Assembly (NCBI RefSeq): GCF_965219775.1
Contig: NZ_OZ244793.1
Location: forward strand, 2,039,634 to 2,103,633
Length of the DNA stretch: 64,000 nucleotides
From: Candidatus Poriferisocius sp.
GTDB lineage: Bacteria; Actinomycetota; Acidimicrobiia; Acidimicrobiales; Bin134
Reading direction: 5' to 3'
Of the stretch, positions 10,234 to 19,922 are shown piece after piece. How positions within the stretch are numbered: position 1 is the stretch's first letter; the number at the start of each line of letters is the position of its first letter. Under the pieces are notes generated by a model. The model had not been told where the DNA came from. It searched no databases and worked only from the letters and a program-made list of their open reading frames with translations. The position numbers were made by a program, and so were the translations under genes.

Positions 10234-13029
10234 CTACGAGTCGCTGAATCGACGCAGGACTTCTTTGACCGAATCTCCGTAGGCGGCCAGTTTGGCGGGA
10301 CCGATACCGCGGACGGCCCGCAGCCCGGCATCGGTGGTGGGTCGGCGGGTGGCCAATTCGATGAGGGTGGCGTCGCCGAACACGATGTACGCGGGCACGT
10401 CGTCGGCCCGGCTGCGTTGGAGCCGCCAGGCCTTCAACGCGTCGAAGGCGGCCGCGCCGACAGGATCGGTGGGCGGTTGTCGGTTCGGGCGCCGGGCTGC
10501 CGCGGCCGCCGGCGGTTTGGTCGTCTGACCTGAACCCCCGGCCCTTGGCGTGGAGTACACGGCCGAGTCTGCAGCCCGTTCCGGTTCCGACGGAGGCTGG
10601 TAGCGGGTGACCAATTCGTCGGCGAATTCGGTGGGTGGGTCTCCGCAGATGAGCGTGACCGATTCCGAGCAGCGGGTGATGGCCACGTGGAACACCCGTC
10701 GCTCCTCTTCGAGGTCGCCGGCCAGGCGATGGGGCATCAATCCCTTCGACGCCTCGTACACGATCACATGGGGCCATTCCCGTCCCTTCACCCGGTGAAC
10801 CGTGGCCAGTTGGACGCCGCTGGTGCCGGGATCAACCTCGTGTTCGTCGGAGAGCCATCCGGCCAGCCACCCCCGGAACCCCACCGGGTCGGGGTGCAGG
10901 TGGGCCACCGAGATGAGGGCCCGTAGGTCGTCACCGTGCGCCGACCGGTCCACCGAGCGACGGGAGGCGTCCAGTCGGGTGTCGAGGCTGCCGCCGAGAC
11001 CCAACTCGTCCCGCACGGTTTCCAGCAACACTTGCGTCGTGGCACCGCCGTCTCCGTCGGCCTTCGTCCACAACCGCCTCACATCGTCGGCGAACTCTCC
11101 CACTTTGTTCGACGTGCGTTCATCCTTGATTCGATCGGCCAAGGCCTTGATCTGGGAGATGCTCCGCTGCTCGGCAATCCACTCGATGACCCGAGGAGAA
11201 ATGCCTCGGGGAGGACGACGAGCCGCCGCGGCCAGCGCTCGGGCGGGAAGGGCGCGCTCGGGGGCGGTGGCAATGTCCAGCCAAGCCAGGGCGGCCGCCA
11301 CCCCGGTACGGTTCAAGAACATGGGGCCCACCGGCTGGTTGGCCGGTACCCCCAACTCGCCGAGGACGATCTGGGGAACCAACAGCGTGCTGTTCACCCT
11401 GGTCAACACGGCCAGGTGGCGGGGATGAGCGCCCTCCTGCAACAGGGACTCGACAACCCGCCGCAGCTCCGGGGCCCCGTTGGCGGTGTTTCTCACCGTG
11501 ATGGCTGCACGCGATCCCCCCACCGGTTTGGTCGCCAGCCCACCGCCATGGGCCTGTCCAACCGTGATCGCCGAACCAGCGGGGTCGTGGCGCAGGGGGG
11601 ACGAGGTGATCTGCTTTTCGATTCGGCGGCGGTTGTGGCTGAGCAGGTTCGAGGCCGCGCCCACCACTTCGGGGGGACAGCGGTAGTTGACGTGCAGCTC
11701 ATGGCGCTGCGCACCGGGAAAGTACTTGCCAAAGTCGATGAGCCACTCGGGGGAGGCGCCGGAGTAGCCGTAGATGGTCTGGTCGTCGTCACCCACCCCG
11801 AAGACGTCGGAACGGGGACCGGCCAGCAGCCGCACCAGCAGGAGATGCGCCGGCGTGAGGTCCTGAAACTCGTCCACCAACAGCAGGCCGCACACCCGCC
11901 GGGCCGCGGCCCGGGCCTCGGGATCGCTCAGCAAGATGTCGATGGCCCGGATGATCTGCTGGTCGAAGTCCACCAGTCCTTGCGCATCGAGGGTCTCCAC
12001 GTAGTGCGGGGCGATCACCGAGAAGTCGGGTACGTCGGGATGAAAGTCGCGTTCGACCTCTTCGGGATTCCGCAATCCCAGCCGGGACGAGCCCAGCGCC
12101 TCCAGCCAGGGAGCAAGTTGGTCGGTCATGGCTCGCCGTTTGCGGCGGACCATCCCGTCGAGCAGGTCCCGCACCCCCCGTTCATCAACCACTTCCACCC
12201 GGTGGTGATGGCGAGGCCGGGCAAACGGTCCGGTGCCGTTGCACACGGCCAAGGCCAGGCTGTTCAGCGTGCGGACCTGCAGGCCGGGGATGTCCACCGT
12301 GCGTTCCTGCATCTCCGCCCGGGCCCGCACGTTGAACGCCACCAGGCATACCGCCCGGGGATCCACACCCAAGTGGCGCACCAAATGGCGGGCCCGCTCG
12401 GTGAGGACACGAGTCTTGCCCGACCCGGCAGGGGCCACGATGCAGGCGGGCCCTCCCCGATGGCCCACCGCCGCCCGTTGGTCGTCGGCCAGATCAGCTT
12501 GAGGAGAAGTCGCAGTGGCCACGGCCAGGCTGCCGACGGCCACATTGGCCGCCGGGATCACCCCGAGGCCGCCGGAGCCCAGTTCTTCCGGCCCGAAGGC
12601 GTCGAGGGGACCGCCGTCGCACCACGCCGGGCCTCCGTCGGTGATCACGTCGCCGGGCCCACCCGGGGCTGAGGGCCGCCCCCCTGCCTCCACGGCGAGG
12701 CGGAGCGGCTCGAATGAGAGGGGACCAGGGTCGCGTCCGTCCACCGCATTGGCCATGAGCAGATGACGGAGCACCTCGGCGGTCATGGTCAATCCCGGCG
12801 AGAGGTCCCACCACGAGGTGTGCATCACCGGATCGGCCAGGGGCACATCGCCGTCCACCTCGATCACCAACGGGATGCGCTCCACCCATATCCGCCGCAG
12901 TTCCCGCATCGCTTCGAGACGGGGTTCGGAGGGGCGAACCGTCAGCCGTCGACAATCCCCCCACTCCTCGGGCGCCTCCTGCCCCGGCCGTACCAAGACG
13001 CTCCGCCCCAGGGAGACCGGTCCCCTCAC
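10234..13029 (-). CDS. UvrD/Rep-family ATP-dependent DNA helicase with C-terminal HRDC-like domain
   Basis: Walker A is APAGSGKTRVL and Walker B is LLVDEFQDLTP. The C-terminal AFDALKAWRLQRSRADDVPAYIVFGDATLIELA...GIGPAKLAAYG is HRDC-like. About 190 aa of N-terminal extension belongs to no recognised family. Confidence 0.85.
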   Translation of the reverse strand: MRGPVSLGRSVLVRPGQEAPEEWGDCRRLTVRPSEPRLEAMRELRRIWVERIPLVIEVDGDVPLADPVMHTSWWDLSPGLTMTAEVLRHLLMANAVDGRDPGPLSFEPLRLAVEAGGRPSAPGGPGDVITDGGPAWCDGGPLDAFGPEELGSGGLGVIPAANVAVGSLAVATATSPQADLADDQRAAVGHRGGPACIVAPAGSGKTRVLTERARHLVRHLGVDPRAVCLVAFNVRARAEMQERTVDIPGLQVRTLNSLALAVCNGTGPFARPRHHHRVEVVDERGVRDLLDGMVRRKRRAMTDQLAPWLEALGSSRLGLRNPEEVERDFHPDVPDFSVIAPHYVETLDAQGLVDFDQQIIRAIDILLSDPEARAAARRVCGLLLVDEFQDLTPAHLLLVRLLAGPRSDVFGVGDDDQTIYGYSGASPEWLIDFGKYFPGAQRHELHVNYRCPPEVVGAASNLLSHNRRRIEKQITSSPLRHDPAGSAITVGQAHGGGLATKPVGGSRAAITVRNTANGAPELRRVVESLLQEGAHPRHLAVLTRVNSTLLVPQIVLGELGVPANQPVGPMFLNRTGVAAALAWLDIATAPERALPARALAAAARRPPRGISPRVIEWIAEQRSISQIKALADRIKDERTSNKVGEFADDVRRLWTKADGDGGATTQVLLETVRDELGLGGSLDTRLDASRRSVDRSAHGDDLRALISVAHLHPDPVGFRGWLAGWLSDEHEVDPGTSGVQLATVHRVKGREWPHVIVYEASKGLMPHRLAGDLEEERRVFHVAITRCSESVTLICGDPPTEFADELVTRYQPPSEPERAADSAVYSTPRAGGSGQTTKPPAAAAARRPNRQPPTDPVGAAAFDALKAWRLQRSRADDVPAYIVFGDATLIELATRRPTTDAGLRAVRGIGPAKLAAYGDSVKEVLRRFSDS

Positions 13030-13127
13030 CTCGCCCCCACAGAGGGCGCGGTTCCCGCCCCGCGTGCCGGCACGGGCACACCGGACCTCTCACCACGCCG
13101 TCGGCAACGGCCGCAGGAGGACAACGG

Positions 13128-14825
13128 CTAGTTGCGGATGAGGGTGCCGGGGCGGGCGCCGGTGGTTTGTCCGTTTCGGAAAGTCACCTCGCCCGCACAA
13201 ATGGTGGCGTCGTAGCCGCTGGCGGTCTGCAGTAGGCGTCGGGCGCCGGTGGGCAGGTCTCCCACCATCTCGGGCAGGTCCAGGCGCAGGCCCTCAAGGT
13301 CGATGACGTTGATGTCGGCACGCTTGCCGGTGTCGAGGACGCCCCGATCGTCGAAGCCGTACAGCTCGGCCGGCTCGGAGGTGAGCATCTTCACCGCCTC
13401 GGCCACCGACAGCTTGGGCCCTCGACGGCGGTCGCGCACCCAGTGCTCGAGCATGAACGTGGGCAGACTGGCATCGGAGATCACCCGGCAATGGGCCCCT
13501 CCGTCGGCCAGTCCGACCACCGACATGGGGTGCACCATCATCTCCCGCAGGTCCTCCAGATCGCCGTGGCGATAGCCGGTGAAGAACACCTGGAGCATGC
13601 CCCGTTCGCACATCAGGTCGTACAGCAACCCCAGCCGGTCCTCATCGGTGCGGTCGGCCATGGCGGCCACCGACTGGGACGGGTCGGGTTCGAACACCGG
13701 GCCACCGTCGAACGGGAACGTGGCGTGCAGGGAGTGCCGCAGGATGCCCATGGCCGGATCGCCTGGGATGTCCTCGGCCAGGATCTCCGTCCGCACCTCC
13801 GGGCGACGAAGCTCCACCAGCCGCTCCTCCAGCGGGAGGTGGTCGTGTCGACGGTACGCGGACCGCTTGGCGAACGGATTGAACTGGTCCCACCCGGCCA
13901 AGAGCCCACCGGGCCGCCCCTGCACCTGGGGAACCAACTTGGCTCCCGCCGCGTTGGCTTGCTCCACCAGCTCCATCTGCCGACGCCACTGATCGGGATT
14001 GGCGTGAACCTGGACCATGGTGAAGGTGATGGCCCGCCCGGCCTCCTCGCTCAGCCTGCGGAACAGCTCCACCTCCCGAATGGGGGCGTCGGGATCCTCG
14101 CCCATCGAACCGGCGGGCACCACCTCCACCAGGGATCGGCCGGACAGCTCGTCCATCATGGCGGCCAACTCCCGGTGGTCGGCAAACGTGCCCGGCACCG
14201 GCACCCCCGACAACGAGGTGTGCAGCGGCAGCCGATTGGTGGAGAAGGCCACCGCCCCGGCTTCGGTCCCCTCGGCCACGATGCGGGCCATCTCGGCCAG
14301 TTCGGTCTCGGTGGCCGGGCCGGTGGTCGCCCCTCGATCCCCCATCACGTAGGCCCGGACCGCCCCGTGCGGCACCTGGGCGGCCACGTCAATGGTGCGC
14401 CCCAGCCGTTCCAGCTCGTCCAGGTACTCGGGGAACGTCTCCCATTGCCAGGTGATTCCCTCCGAGAGGGCCGCACCGGGGATGTCCTCCACCCCCTCCA
14501 TCAATTCGATGAGCCAGCCGTGGCGACTGGGATCGGCGGGGGCGAACCCCACCCCACAGTTGCCCATCACCGCGGTGGTGACCCCGTGCCACGCCGACGG
14601 GGCCATGATCGGATCCCACGTGGCCTGTCCGTCGTAATGGGTGTGGACGTCCACAAAGCCGGGGGTCACGTGACGACCGGTGGCGTCGATGACCTCGGCA
14701 GCGTCGGCGTCGATTCGGCGTTCGATGGCCGCCACCCGCCCCTCGGAAACGGCCACGTCGGCTTGAAAGGGGGCCGCCCCGGTTCCGTCCACCACGGTGC
14801 CCGCACGGATCAACAGATCAATCAT
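13128..14825 (-). CDS. N-acyl-D-amino-acid deacylase family amidohydrolase
   Basis: 565 aa. The N-terminus MIDLLIRAGTVVDGTG...GFVDVHTHYDG carries the metal-binding HxH and matches the D-aminoacylase family layout. Confidence 0.85.
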   Translation of the reverse strand: MIDLLIRAGTVVDGTGAAPFQADVAVSEGRVAAIERRIDADAAEVIDATGRHVTPGFVDVHTHYDGQATWDPIMAPSAWHGVTTAVMGNCGVGFAPADPSRHGWLIELMEGVEDIPGAALSEGITWQWETFPEYLDELERLGRTIDVAAQVPHGAVRAYVMGDRGATTGPATETELAEMARIVAEGTEAGAVAFSTNRLPLHTSLSGVPVPGTFADHRELAAMMDELSGRSLVEVVPAGSMGEDPDAPIREVELFRRLSEEAGRAITFTMVQVHANPDQWRRQMELVEQANAAGAKLVPQVQGRPGGLLAGWDQFNPFAKRSAYRRHDHLPLEERLVELRRPEVRTEILAEDIPGDPAMGILRHSLHATFPFDGGPVFEPDPSQSVAAMADRTDEDRLGLLYDLMCERGMLQVFFTGYRHGDLEDLREMMVHPMSVVGLADGGAHCRVISDASLPTFMLEHWVRDRRRGPKLSVAEAVKMLTSEPAELYGFDDRGVLDTGKRADINVIDLEGLRLDLPEMVGDLPTGARRLLQTASGYDATICAGEVTFRNGQTTGARPGTLIRN

Positions 14826-14901
14826 GGCGCCATTCTGTCAGGCGCCGGCGACCACACCGGGGCCGAGGCCCGGACCTCGCGGTCGCGGCCGGCCGACGTG
14901 C

Positions 14902-15525
14902 TCAGGTGCGGGCGAAGTAGGGGTTGTCGCCCGCGGCGTGGTCGGTGGCGTCCACCACGTCGGTGATCTGGGGGATGGCTTCGGTGATCATCACGGTGAT
15001 GCCCTCCCGCAGCGTGGCCTGGCTCATGGCGCAGCCCTGGCAGCCCCCGCCCATGGTGATGTAGGCGGTGGCCCCGTCCACCCCCAACAGGGTGGCGAAC
15101 CCCCCGTGGGAGGCCAGCGATGGGTTGATGTGCTGATCGAGAAGCTGCTGGAGCTGCTCGGGGACGGTGCCGGAGAGTTCCAGATCGGCCCCGGCCAACA
15201 GATCGGGTTTGTTGGGATTGCGGATGACCAGCCCGCCCTGCATGGGGTTGTTGGGCAAATCCAGGGTGGCGCCGGTCAGCGACTCCACCGAATCCTCCGG
15301 GATCATCACGGTGAGATCGTCGACCGTGATGTGGCGGTGGCCCTCGGCACAGTTGGCGATCTCCTCGAAGGCCAGGTCGTAGGTGTAGTCGGCACCGCTG
15401 GTGCCGGTGATCTCGATGCGCAGGCCGAGGGCCTGCGGATCATCCTCGTTGTCACGGATCTCGAGCACCTTGGCAACTGCTGCTTCGGTGACCTCGAACA
15501 GTTGGGCTTCAATGGTTTCGCTCAC
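14902..15525 (-). CDS. NfuA-type Fe-S cluster carrier (HesB-like N-domain + NifU C-domain)
   Basis: The C-terminal Nfu motif GGGCQGCAMS is present, and the N-terminal IscA/HesB-like fold lacks the Cys triad. The start was set at GTG 15525 (VSETIEAQLFEV); the ORF extends to 15573. Confidence 0.75.
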   Translation of the reverse strand: MSETIEAQLFEVTEAAVAKVLEIRDNEDDPQALGLRIEITGTSGADYTYDLAFEEIANCAEGHRHITVDDLTVMIPEDSVESLTGATLDLPNNPMQGGLVIRNPNKPDLLAGADLELSGTVPEQLQQLLDQHINPSLASHGGFATLLGVDGATAYITMGGGCQGCAMSQATLREGITVMITEAIPQITDVVDATDHAAGDNPYFART

Positions 15526-15633
15526 GTCGGCCAGCCTACCCGAGGCGAGCCCCGGCCACCACGGCTCGGACACCGGTTTGGCGCCCGGCGGATCAGCCGA
15601 GTCGGATGCGGCCTCGGATTGGGGCCCGATGGA

Positions 15634-16461
15634 TCAGCCGCGGCGGATGCGGCCCCGCAGGGACCGGAAGGCCAGCGTTTGCGCGAGTAGGGCCACCGAG
15701 CCCACGGCCAGCAGGGCCCGAGCCAACGCCCAGCCGTCCCAACCGGTGAACAGCGAGCGCATGCCCTCCAGGGCGTACGTCATGGGATTGAACCAGGTGA
15801 TGGCGGCCAGCCAGTCGGTCATCACGTCGCGGCTCACCCAGGCAGTGGTCAAGAACATGAACGGGAAGAACAGCAGGAAGCTGGAGTTCACCGCCGAGGG
15901 ATTCCCGGTGCGCAGGGCAATGGCGTAGGGGAAGCCGGTGTAGGCCAGCCCCCACAGGGCCCCGAAGAGCACGAACACCACCAGGCCCAGGAACCCGGTG
16001 GCCCCGAAGCTCACGCCGATCACAAAGCCCACCACGATCACCGGGATCGCCATGACCATGAACAGGGTGAAGTCGGCCACCATCAGGCCCAGCAGCAGGG
16101 CGTAGCGATTGATCGGGGTCATCAGCAGGCGGTCGAAGTAGCCCTCGGAGATGTCGATCACCAGCGAGTTGGCCCTCGACATGCCGGTCACCGCGGTCAT
16201 GATGGCCACCGGCAACTGGAAGGCCTTGTAGTCGATGCCCGTCACCGATTGATCCACCAGATTCTGGATGGCGCCGATGGTCACCACCAGGAAGAACAGG
16301 GGGATCACCATGGCGGGCAGGATGGCCTCAAGATCCCGGGGCAGCAGCCGCAGCGCCCGGTTGGACACCGACGCCATGTCGCGGAAGAAGCCCGACGGTT
16401 GGGCCCGCACCACGTCGGCCGGATTCGAAGCAGTAGCAGCAGTGGGGGCGGTGGCGGTCAT
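15634..16461 (-). CDS. ABC-2 type exporter permease
   Basis: 275 aa six-TM protein. It overlaps the upstream ATPase gene by 4 nt, giving DrrB-like architecture. Confidence 0.8.
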   Translation of the reverse strand: MTATAPTAATASNPADVVRAQPSGFFRDMASVSNRALRLLPRDLEAILPAMVIPLFFLVVTIGAIQNLVDQSVTGIDYKAFQLPVAIMTAVTGMSRANSLVIDISEGYFDRLLMTPINRYALLLGLMVADFTLFMVMAIPVIVVGFVIGVSFGATGFLGLVVFVLFGALWGLAYTGFPYAIALRTGNPSAVNSSFLLFFPFMFLTTAWVSRDVMTDWLAAITWFNPMTYALEGMRSLFTGWDGWALARALLAVGSVALLAQTLAFRSLRGRIRRG

Positions 16462-17423
16462 TCCTCCACCTCGATCCGGGCGCCGGTCAACTCCAGGAAC
16501 ACGTCGTCCAGCGTGGTGGGGTGGATCGACAATTCGATCACCTCGACGCCCGCGGCCGCCAGCGCCACCGCCACCGGGCTGACCACCGAGGCCCCGTCAC
16601 CGGTGGCCGCGCTCACCTCGTTGCCGTACACCTCGGTGCTGGTAATGCCCGCCACCGTTTCGACGGCCTGCCGGGCGGTGTCGGGATCGCCCGCCACCCG
16701 GGCCACCACCACGTCGGACCCCACCGTGCGCTTGAGTTCGTCGGGGGTACCCTCGGCCACCAGGCGGCCCTCGTTGAGGATGCCCACCCGATGGGTCAAG
16801 GCGTCGGCCTCCTCCAGGTACTGGGTGGTCAAGAAGATGGTCATGCCCAGTTCCCGGTTCAAGCGGCGAATCTGCTCCCACACGGTGGCCCGGCTGATGG
16901 GGTCGAGGCCGGTGGTGGGCTCGTCCAGAAACAGCACCTCGGGGTTGTGCATCAGGGCGGCGGCCAGGTCCAAGCGGCGCTTCATGCCTCCCGAGTAGGT
17001 GGACACCCGGCGGTCGATGGCGCCCATCTCCAGCAGGGGGGCCAACTCGTCGATGCGGCGGTTGATGGCGGGCTTGGCCAACCCGTAGTAGCGGCCCTGG
17101 AGGGTGAGGGTCTCCCGCCCGGTGAGCTTGCCGTCCAGCGCGGCGTCCTGCAGGGCCACCCCGATGCTCAACCGCACCAGATCACCCTGGGCGACCACGT
17201 CGTAGCCCGCCACCGAGGCCGTACCCGCGGTCATCGTGGCCAACGTACACAGCATCCGCACCGCCGTGGACTTGCCCGCGCCGTTGGGCCCGAGAAAGCC
17301 GTAGACCTCGCCCGCGTCCACCTCGAGGTCGAGCGAGTCCACCGCCACCACGTCGCCGTAGGTGCGGCGCAGCCCACGGGCGGAGATTGCAGGAGGCACG
17401 GCGGTCAATGCTACCAACGCCAT
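16458..17423 (-). CDS. ABC transporter ATP-binding protein (DrrA/daunorubicin-resistance-like)
   Basis: Walker A is GPNGAGKST, the signature is YSGGMKRRLDLA and Walker B is VLFLDEPTTGLD. A C-terminal accessory domain is present. Confidence 0.9.
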   Translation of the reverse strand: MALVALTAVPPAISARGLRRTYGDVVAVDSLDLEVDAGEVYGFLGPNGAGKSTAVRMLCTLATMTAGTASVAGYDVVAQGDLVRLSIGVALQDAALDGKLTGRETLTLQGRYYGLAKPAINRRIDELAPLLEMGAIDRRVSTYSGGMKRRLDLAAALMHNPEVLFLDEPTTGLDPISRATVWEQIRRLNRELGMTIFLTTQYLEEADALTHRVGILNEGRLVAEGTPDELKRTVGSDVVVARVAGDPDTARQAVETVAGITSTEVYGNEVSAATGDGASVVSPVAVALAAAGVEVIELSIHPTTLDDVFLELTGARIEVEE

Positions 17424-17486
17424 CGGCCCTTCACCGCGGCTGCTGCTTCATGGCTGTCGCCGCTCGATGGGATAACCTCGTCGCCG

Positions 17487-18203
17487 ATGTCGCAAGCAAT
17501 CAGCACCCCGGTGAGCTACGAAACGGCCGGGGAGGTCGCCCTGGTCCGACTGGACGACGGCAAGGTGAACGCCCTGTCCCACGAGGTCATCACCGCGTTG
17601 CACCAGGCGCTCGACCGGGCCGAACAGGAGGCCAAGGTCGTGGTCATGATCGGCCGGCCGGGCACGTTCAGCGCCGGATTCAACCTCAAGATCATGCAAG
17701 CCGGACCCGAATCGGCCCGCGATCTGTTCCGAGCGGGCATGGACCTGTTCCTCCGGCTGTACGAATTTCCCATCCCGGTGGTGGCCGCCTGTACGGGGCA
17801 CGCCTTGGCGGCCGGGGCCATCTGGTTGATGAGTTGCGACGTGCGCATCGGTGCCGACGTGGACGCCAAGATCGGGCTGAACGAGGTCGCCATCGGCATG
17901 GTGTTGCCCCCGTCGGTGGTGACGTTGGCCCGCGACCGGCTGTCGGTGCGCCACGTCCAGGCTTCGGTGCTGCTGGCTCGGTTGTTCTCGCCGGCGTCAG
18001 CCGCCGATGCCGGCTACTTGGACCGGGTGGTGCCCCCCGAGGACGTGGAGGACGCCGCCTTGGCCGAGGCCGCCGGGCTGGCCGAGGGGCTCTCACTGGC
18101 GGCGTTCGCCGGCACCCGTCAGGTGATCCGCGGTCCGGTGGCCCAGTCGATCCGCCAGATGCTCGACGGCGACACCCGGTCGTTCACCGTCGGCCTGTCC
18201 TGA
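17487..18203 (+). CDS. enoyl-CoA hydratase/isomerase (crotonase) family protein
   Basis: Crotonase fold features are present (VALVRLDDGKVNALS..., GRPGTFSAGFNLK, ACTGHALAAGA). The real start is ATG 17487, inside a longer artefactual ORF (16521..18203). Confidence 0.8.
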   Translation: MSQAISTPVSYETAGEVALVRLDDGKVNALSHEVITALHQALDRAEQEAKVVVMIGRPGTFSAGFNLKIMQAGPESARDLFRAGMDLFLRLYEFPIPVVAACTGHALAAGAIWLMSCDVRIGADVDAKIGLNEVAIGMVLPPSVVTLARDRLSVRHVQASVLLARLFSPASAADAGYLDRVVPPEDVEDAALAEAAGLAEGLSLAAFAGTRQVIRGPVAQSIRQMLDGDTRSFTVGLS

Positions 18204-18288
18204 GGAGCGGGGCCATGAGCGGCGGTCGCCCACCCATTGGACGCCGAGGAAAGCGCCGAGGAAGGCAACGCGCAGGAGGAGGGGAAAC

Positions 18289-19086
18289 ATGAGCGATCCG
18301 GTCGTCGGTCTGTTGGAAGAAGTGTGGGCGTCCATCGGGAGCTTGGGCGCCGACTTGAGCGAGGAGCAGTGGGACACCCCCACCGAGTGCCCCGGCTGGT
18401 CGGTGCGTGATCAGGTGAGCCACATCATCGGCATCGAGCAGATGCTGCTCGGCGTGGACACCGAGCCTCCCGTCGCCGAGGGCGGGCTCGACGGGATCGC
18501 CGCCTTCAACGAAGCGCAGATCGCCCCCCGGCGGGGGCGTCCCGGGGCCGAGGTGCTGGCCGAGATGCGCGACGTCTGCGCCCAACGGTTGGAGATGCTG
18601 CGGACACTACCGGCGGAGAAATGGGACGAGGTGGGCTTCACCCCCATCGGCGAGGCCCCGTACCGCACGTTCATGCAGATCCGGGTGTTCGACTGCTGGG
18701 TCCACGAACAGGACATGCGCCGAGCCCTGGGCATCCCCGGCCACCTGGGCGGCCCGGTGGCTCAGCACTGCCTCGACTGGCACGCCCGCAACATGGGCTA
18801 CGTGGTGGGCAAGAAGGCGGGCGCCCCCGACGGCACCACGGTGGTGTTCGACGTGGACGGCGACGCCGACGGCCCTCGGGCGGTGGCGGTGACCGACGGA
18901 CGGGCCAAGCTGTCCGCGGTGCCCGCCGACCCCACCGTCACCGTGCATGCCGACGTGGACACCTACAACGCCGTGTGCTGCGGGCGCACCGACCCCGCCG
19001 GCGCCCTGGCCGACGGGCGGGTGACGCTTTCCGGCGACCAGGACCTCGGCCGGCGGGTGGTCTCGGCCCTCCCCTACGTCACCTGA
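18289..19086 (+). CDS. mycothiol-dependent maleylpyruvate-isomerase-N (DinB-like) family protein with SCP2-like C-terminus
   Basis: The N-terminus is LSEEQWDTPTECPGWSVRDQVSHI (TIGR03083-type). The C-terminus is TYNAVCCGRTDPAGALADGRVTLSGD. Confidence 0.75.
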   Translation: MSDPVVGLLEEVWASIGSLGADLSEEQWDTPTECPGWSVRDQVSHIIGIEQMLLGVDTEPPVAEGGLDGIAAFNEAQIAPRRGRPGAEVLAEMRDVCAQRLEMLRTLPAEKWDEVGFTPIGEAPYRTFMQIRVFDCWVHEQDMRRALGIPGHLGGPVAQHCLDWHARNMGYVVGKKAGAPDGTTVVFDVDGDADGPRAVAVTDGRAKLSAVPADPTVTVHADVDTYNAVCCGRTDPAGALADGRVTLSGDQDLGRRVVSALPYVT

Positions 19087-19922
19087 CCCCGGCCACGGTT
19101 CGCCACCCCGTCGCCCACTCCGTCCAGCACCTCCCGGTCGTCGTTGTGGCTGTGGGTGAAACCCAGTTGGCGCTCGGTGGCAATGGTGGCCTGCGACCGG
19201 AAGGCCAGGACGTAGGCCCGGCGGAACCCACCGGTGAAGTTGCCCCCCGAGCCGTGCATCACCCGCTCATTGTGAACGGTGACGTCACCGCGAGAGATCG
19301 GCACCGGCACCACCTGATCGTCGGGCAGGAGTTCGGTCCCCAGCGCGTGGGATTCACCGCGATCACCGTATTGGGGTTGGTGGGGTCGTAACGCCGCTTC
19401 CTCGACCGTGCCGGGCACAAAGCGCATGCAGCCGTTGTCGAGCGTGGAGTCGTCGATGGCCAACCACAGGGTGGCGGTTCGGGTGTCGGGCGTGTTCGGC
19501 CAATAGGCCAGGTCTTGGTGCCAGGCGAACACGGCGTCGTGCTTGTAGGGCTGCTTGGCCAGCAGTTGGTCGTAGTCGATGGCCATTCCCTCACCGCACA
19601 ATTGGGTGCTGACCGAAGCAGCCCGCCGCTCGAACACGTTGTTCTGCCATTCGGGGTGGTAGCGGCGGGGCAACATCACGTTGATGATGGAGAAGTCGGC
19701 AGGATCACGCCCGTAGTCACCCGCCATGTCGCAGTAGTCCTTTCCGGGTACCTCGATCTCACGGCGCAGAAACCGGTCGTACACCACCTCCAACTCGGCC
19801 ACTTCCGCTTCGGTGAGCAGGCCACGGAGATGCACATAGCCCCGAGTGGCGAAGTGTTCCTTCTCCTCGGCGGTCACCTGGTAGACGTCGCCGCGAATGC
19901 GATTGCTGATCTGGGGGTTCAT
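19074..19922 (-). CDS. phytanoyl-CoA dioxygenase (PhyH) family Fe(II)/2-oxoglutarate oxygenase
   Basis: The HxD facial-triad region is WHQDLAYWP and a distal His lies in VTVHNERVMHGSGGN. Its start overlaps the GH10 stop by 4 nt. Confidence 0.8.
   Translation of the reverse strand: MNPQISNRIRGDVYQVTAEEKEHFATRGYVHLRGLLTEAEVAELEVVYDRFLRREIEVPGKDYCDMAGDYGRDPADFSIINVMLPRRYHPEWQNNVFERRAASVSTQLCGEGMAIDYDQLLAKQPYKHDAVFAWHQDLAYWPNTPDTRTATLWLAIDDSTLDNGCMRFVPGTVEEAALRPHQPQYGDRGESHALGTELLPDDQVVPVPISRGDVTVHNERVMHGSGGNFTGGFRRAYVLAFRSQATIATERQLGFTHSHNDDREVLDGVGDGVANRGRGQVT

Noticed and set aside
16521-17486. Upstream 322 codons of ORF 16521..18203
   Set aside because: This part is antisense to the ABC ATPase gene and His/Gly/Arg-rich. 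The crotonase-like sequence starts only at ATG 17487.
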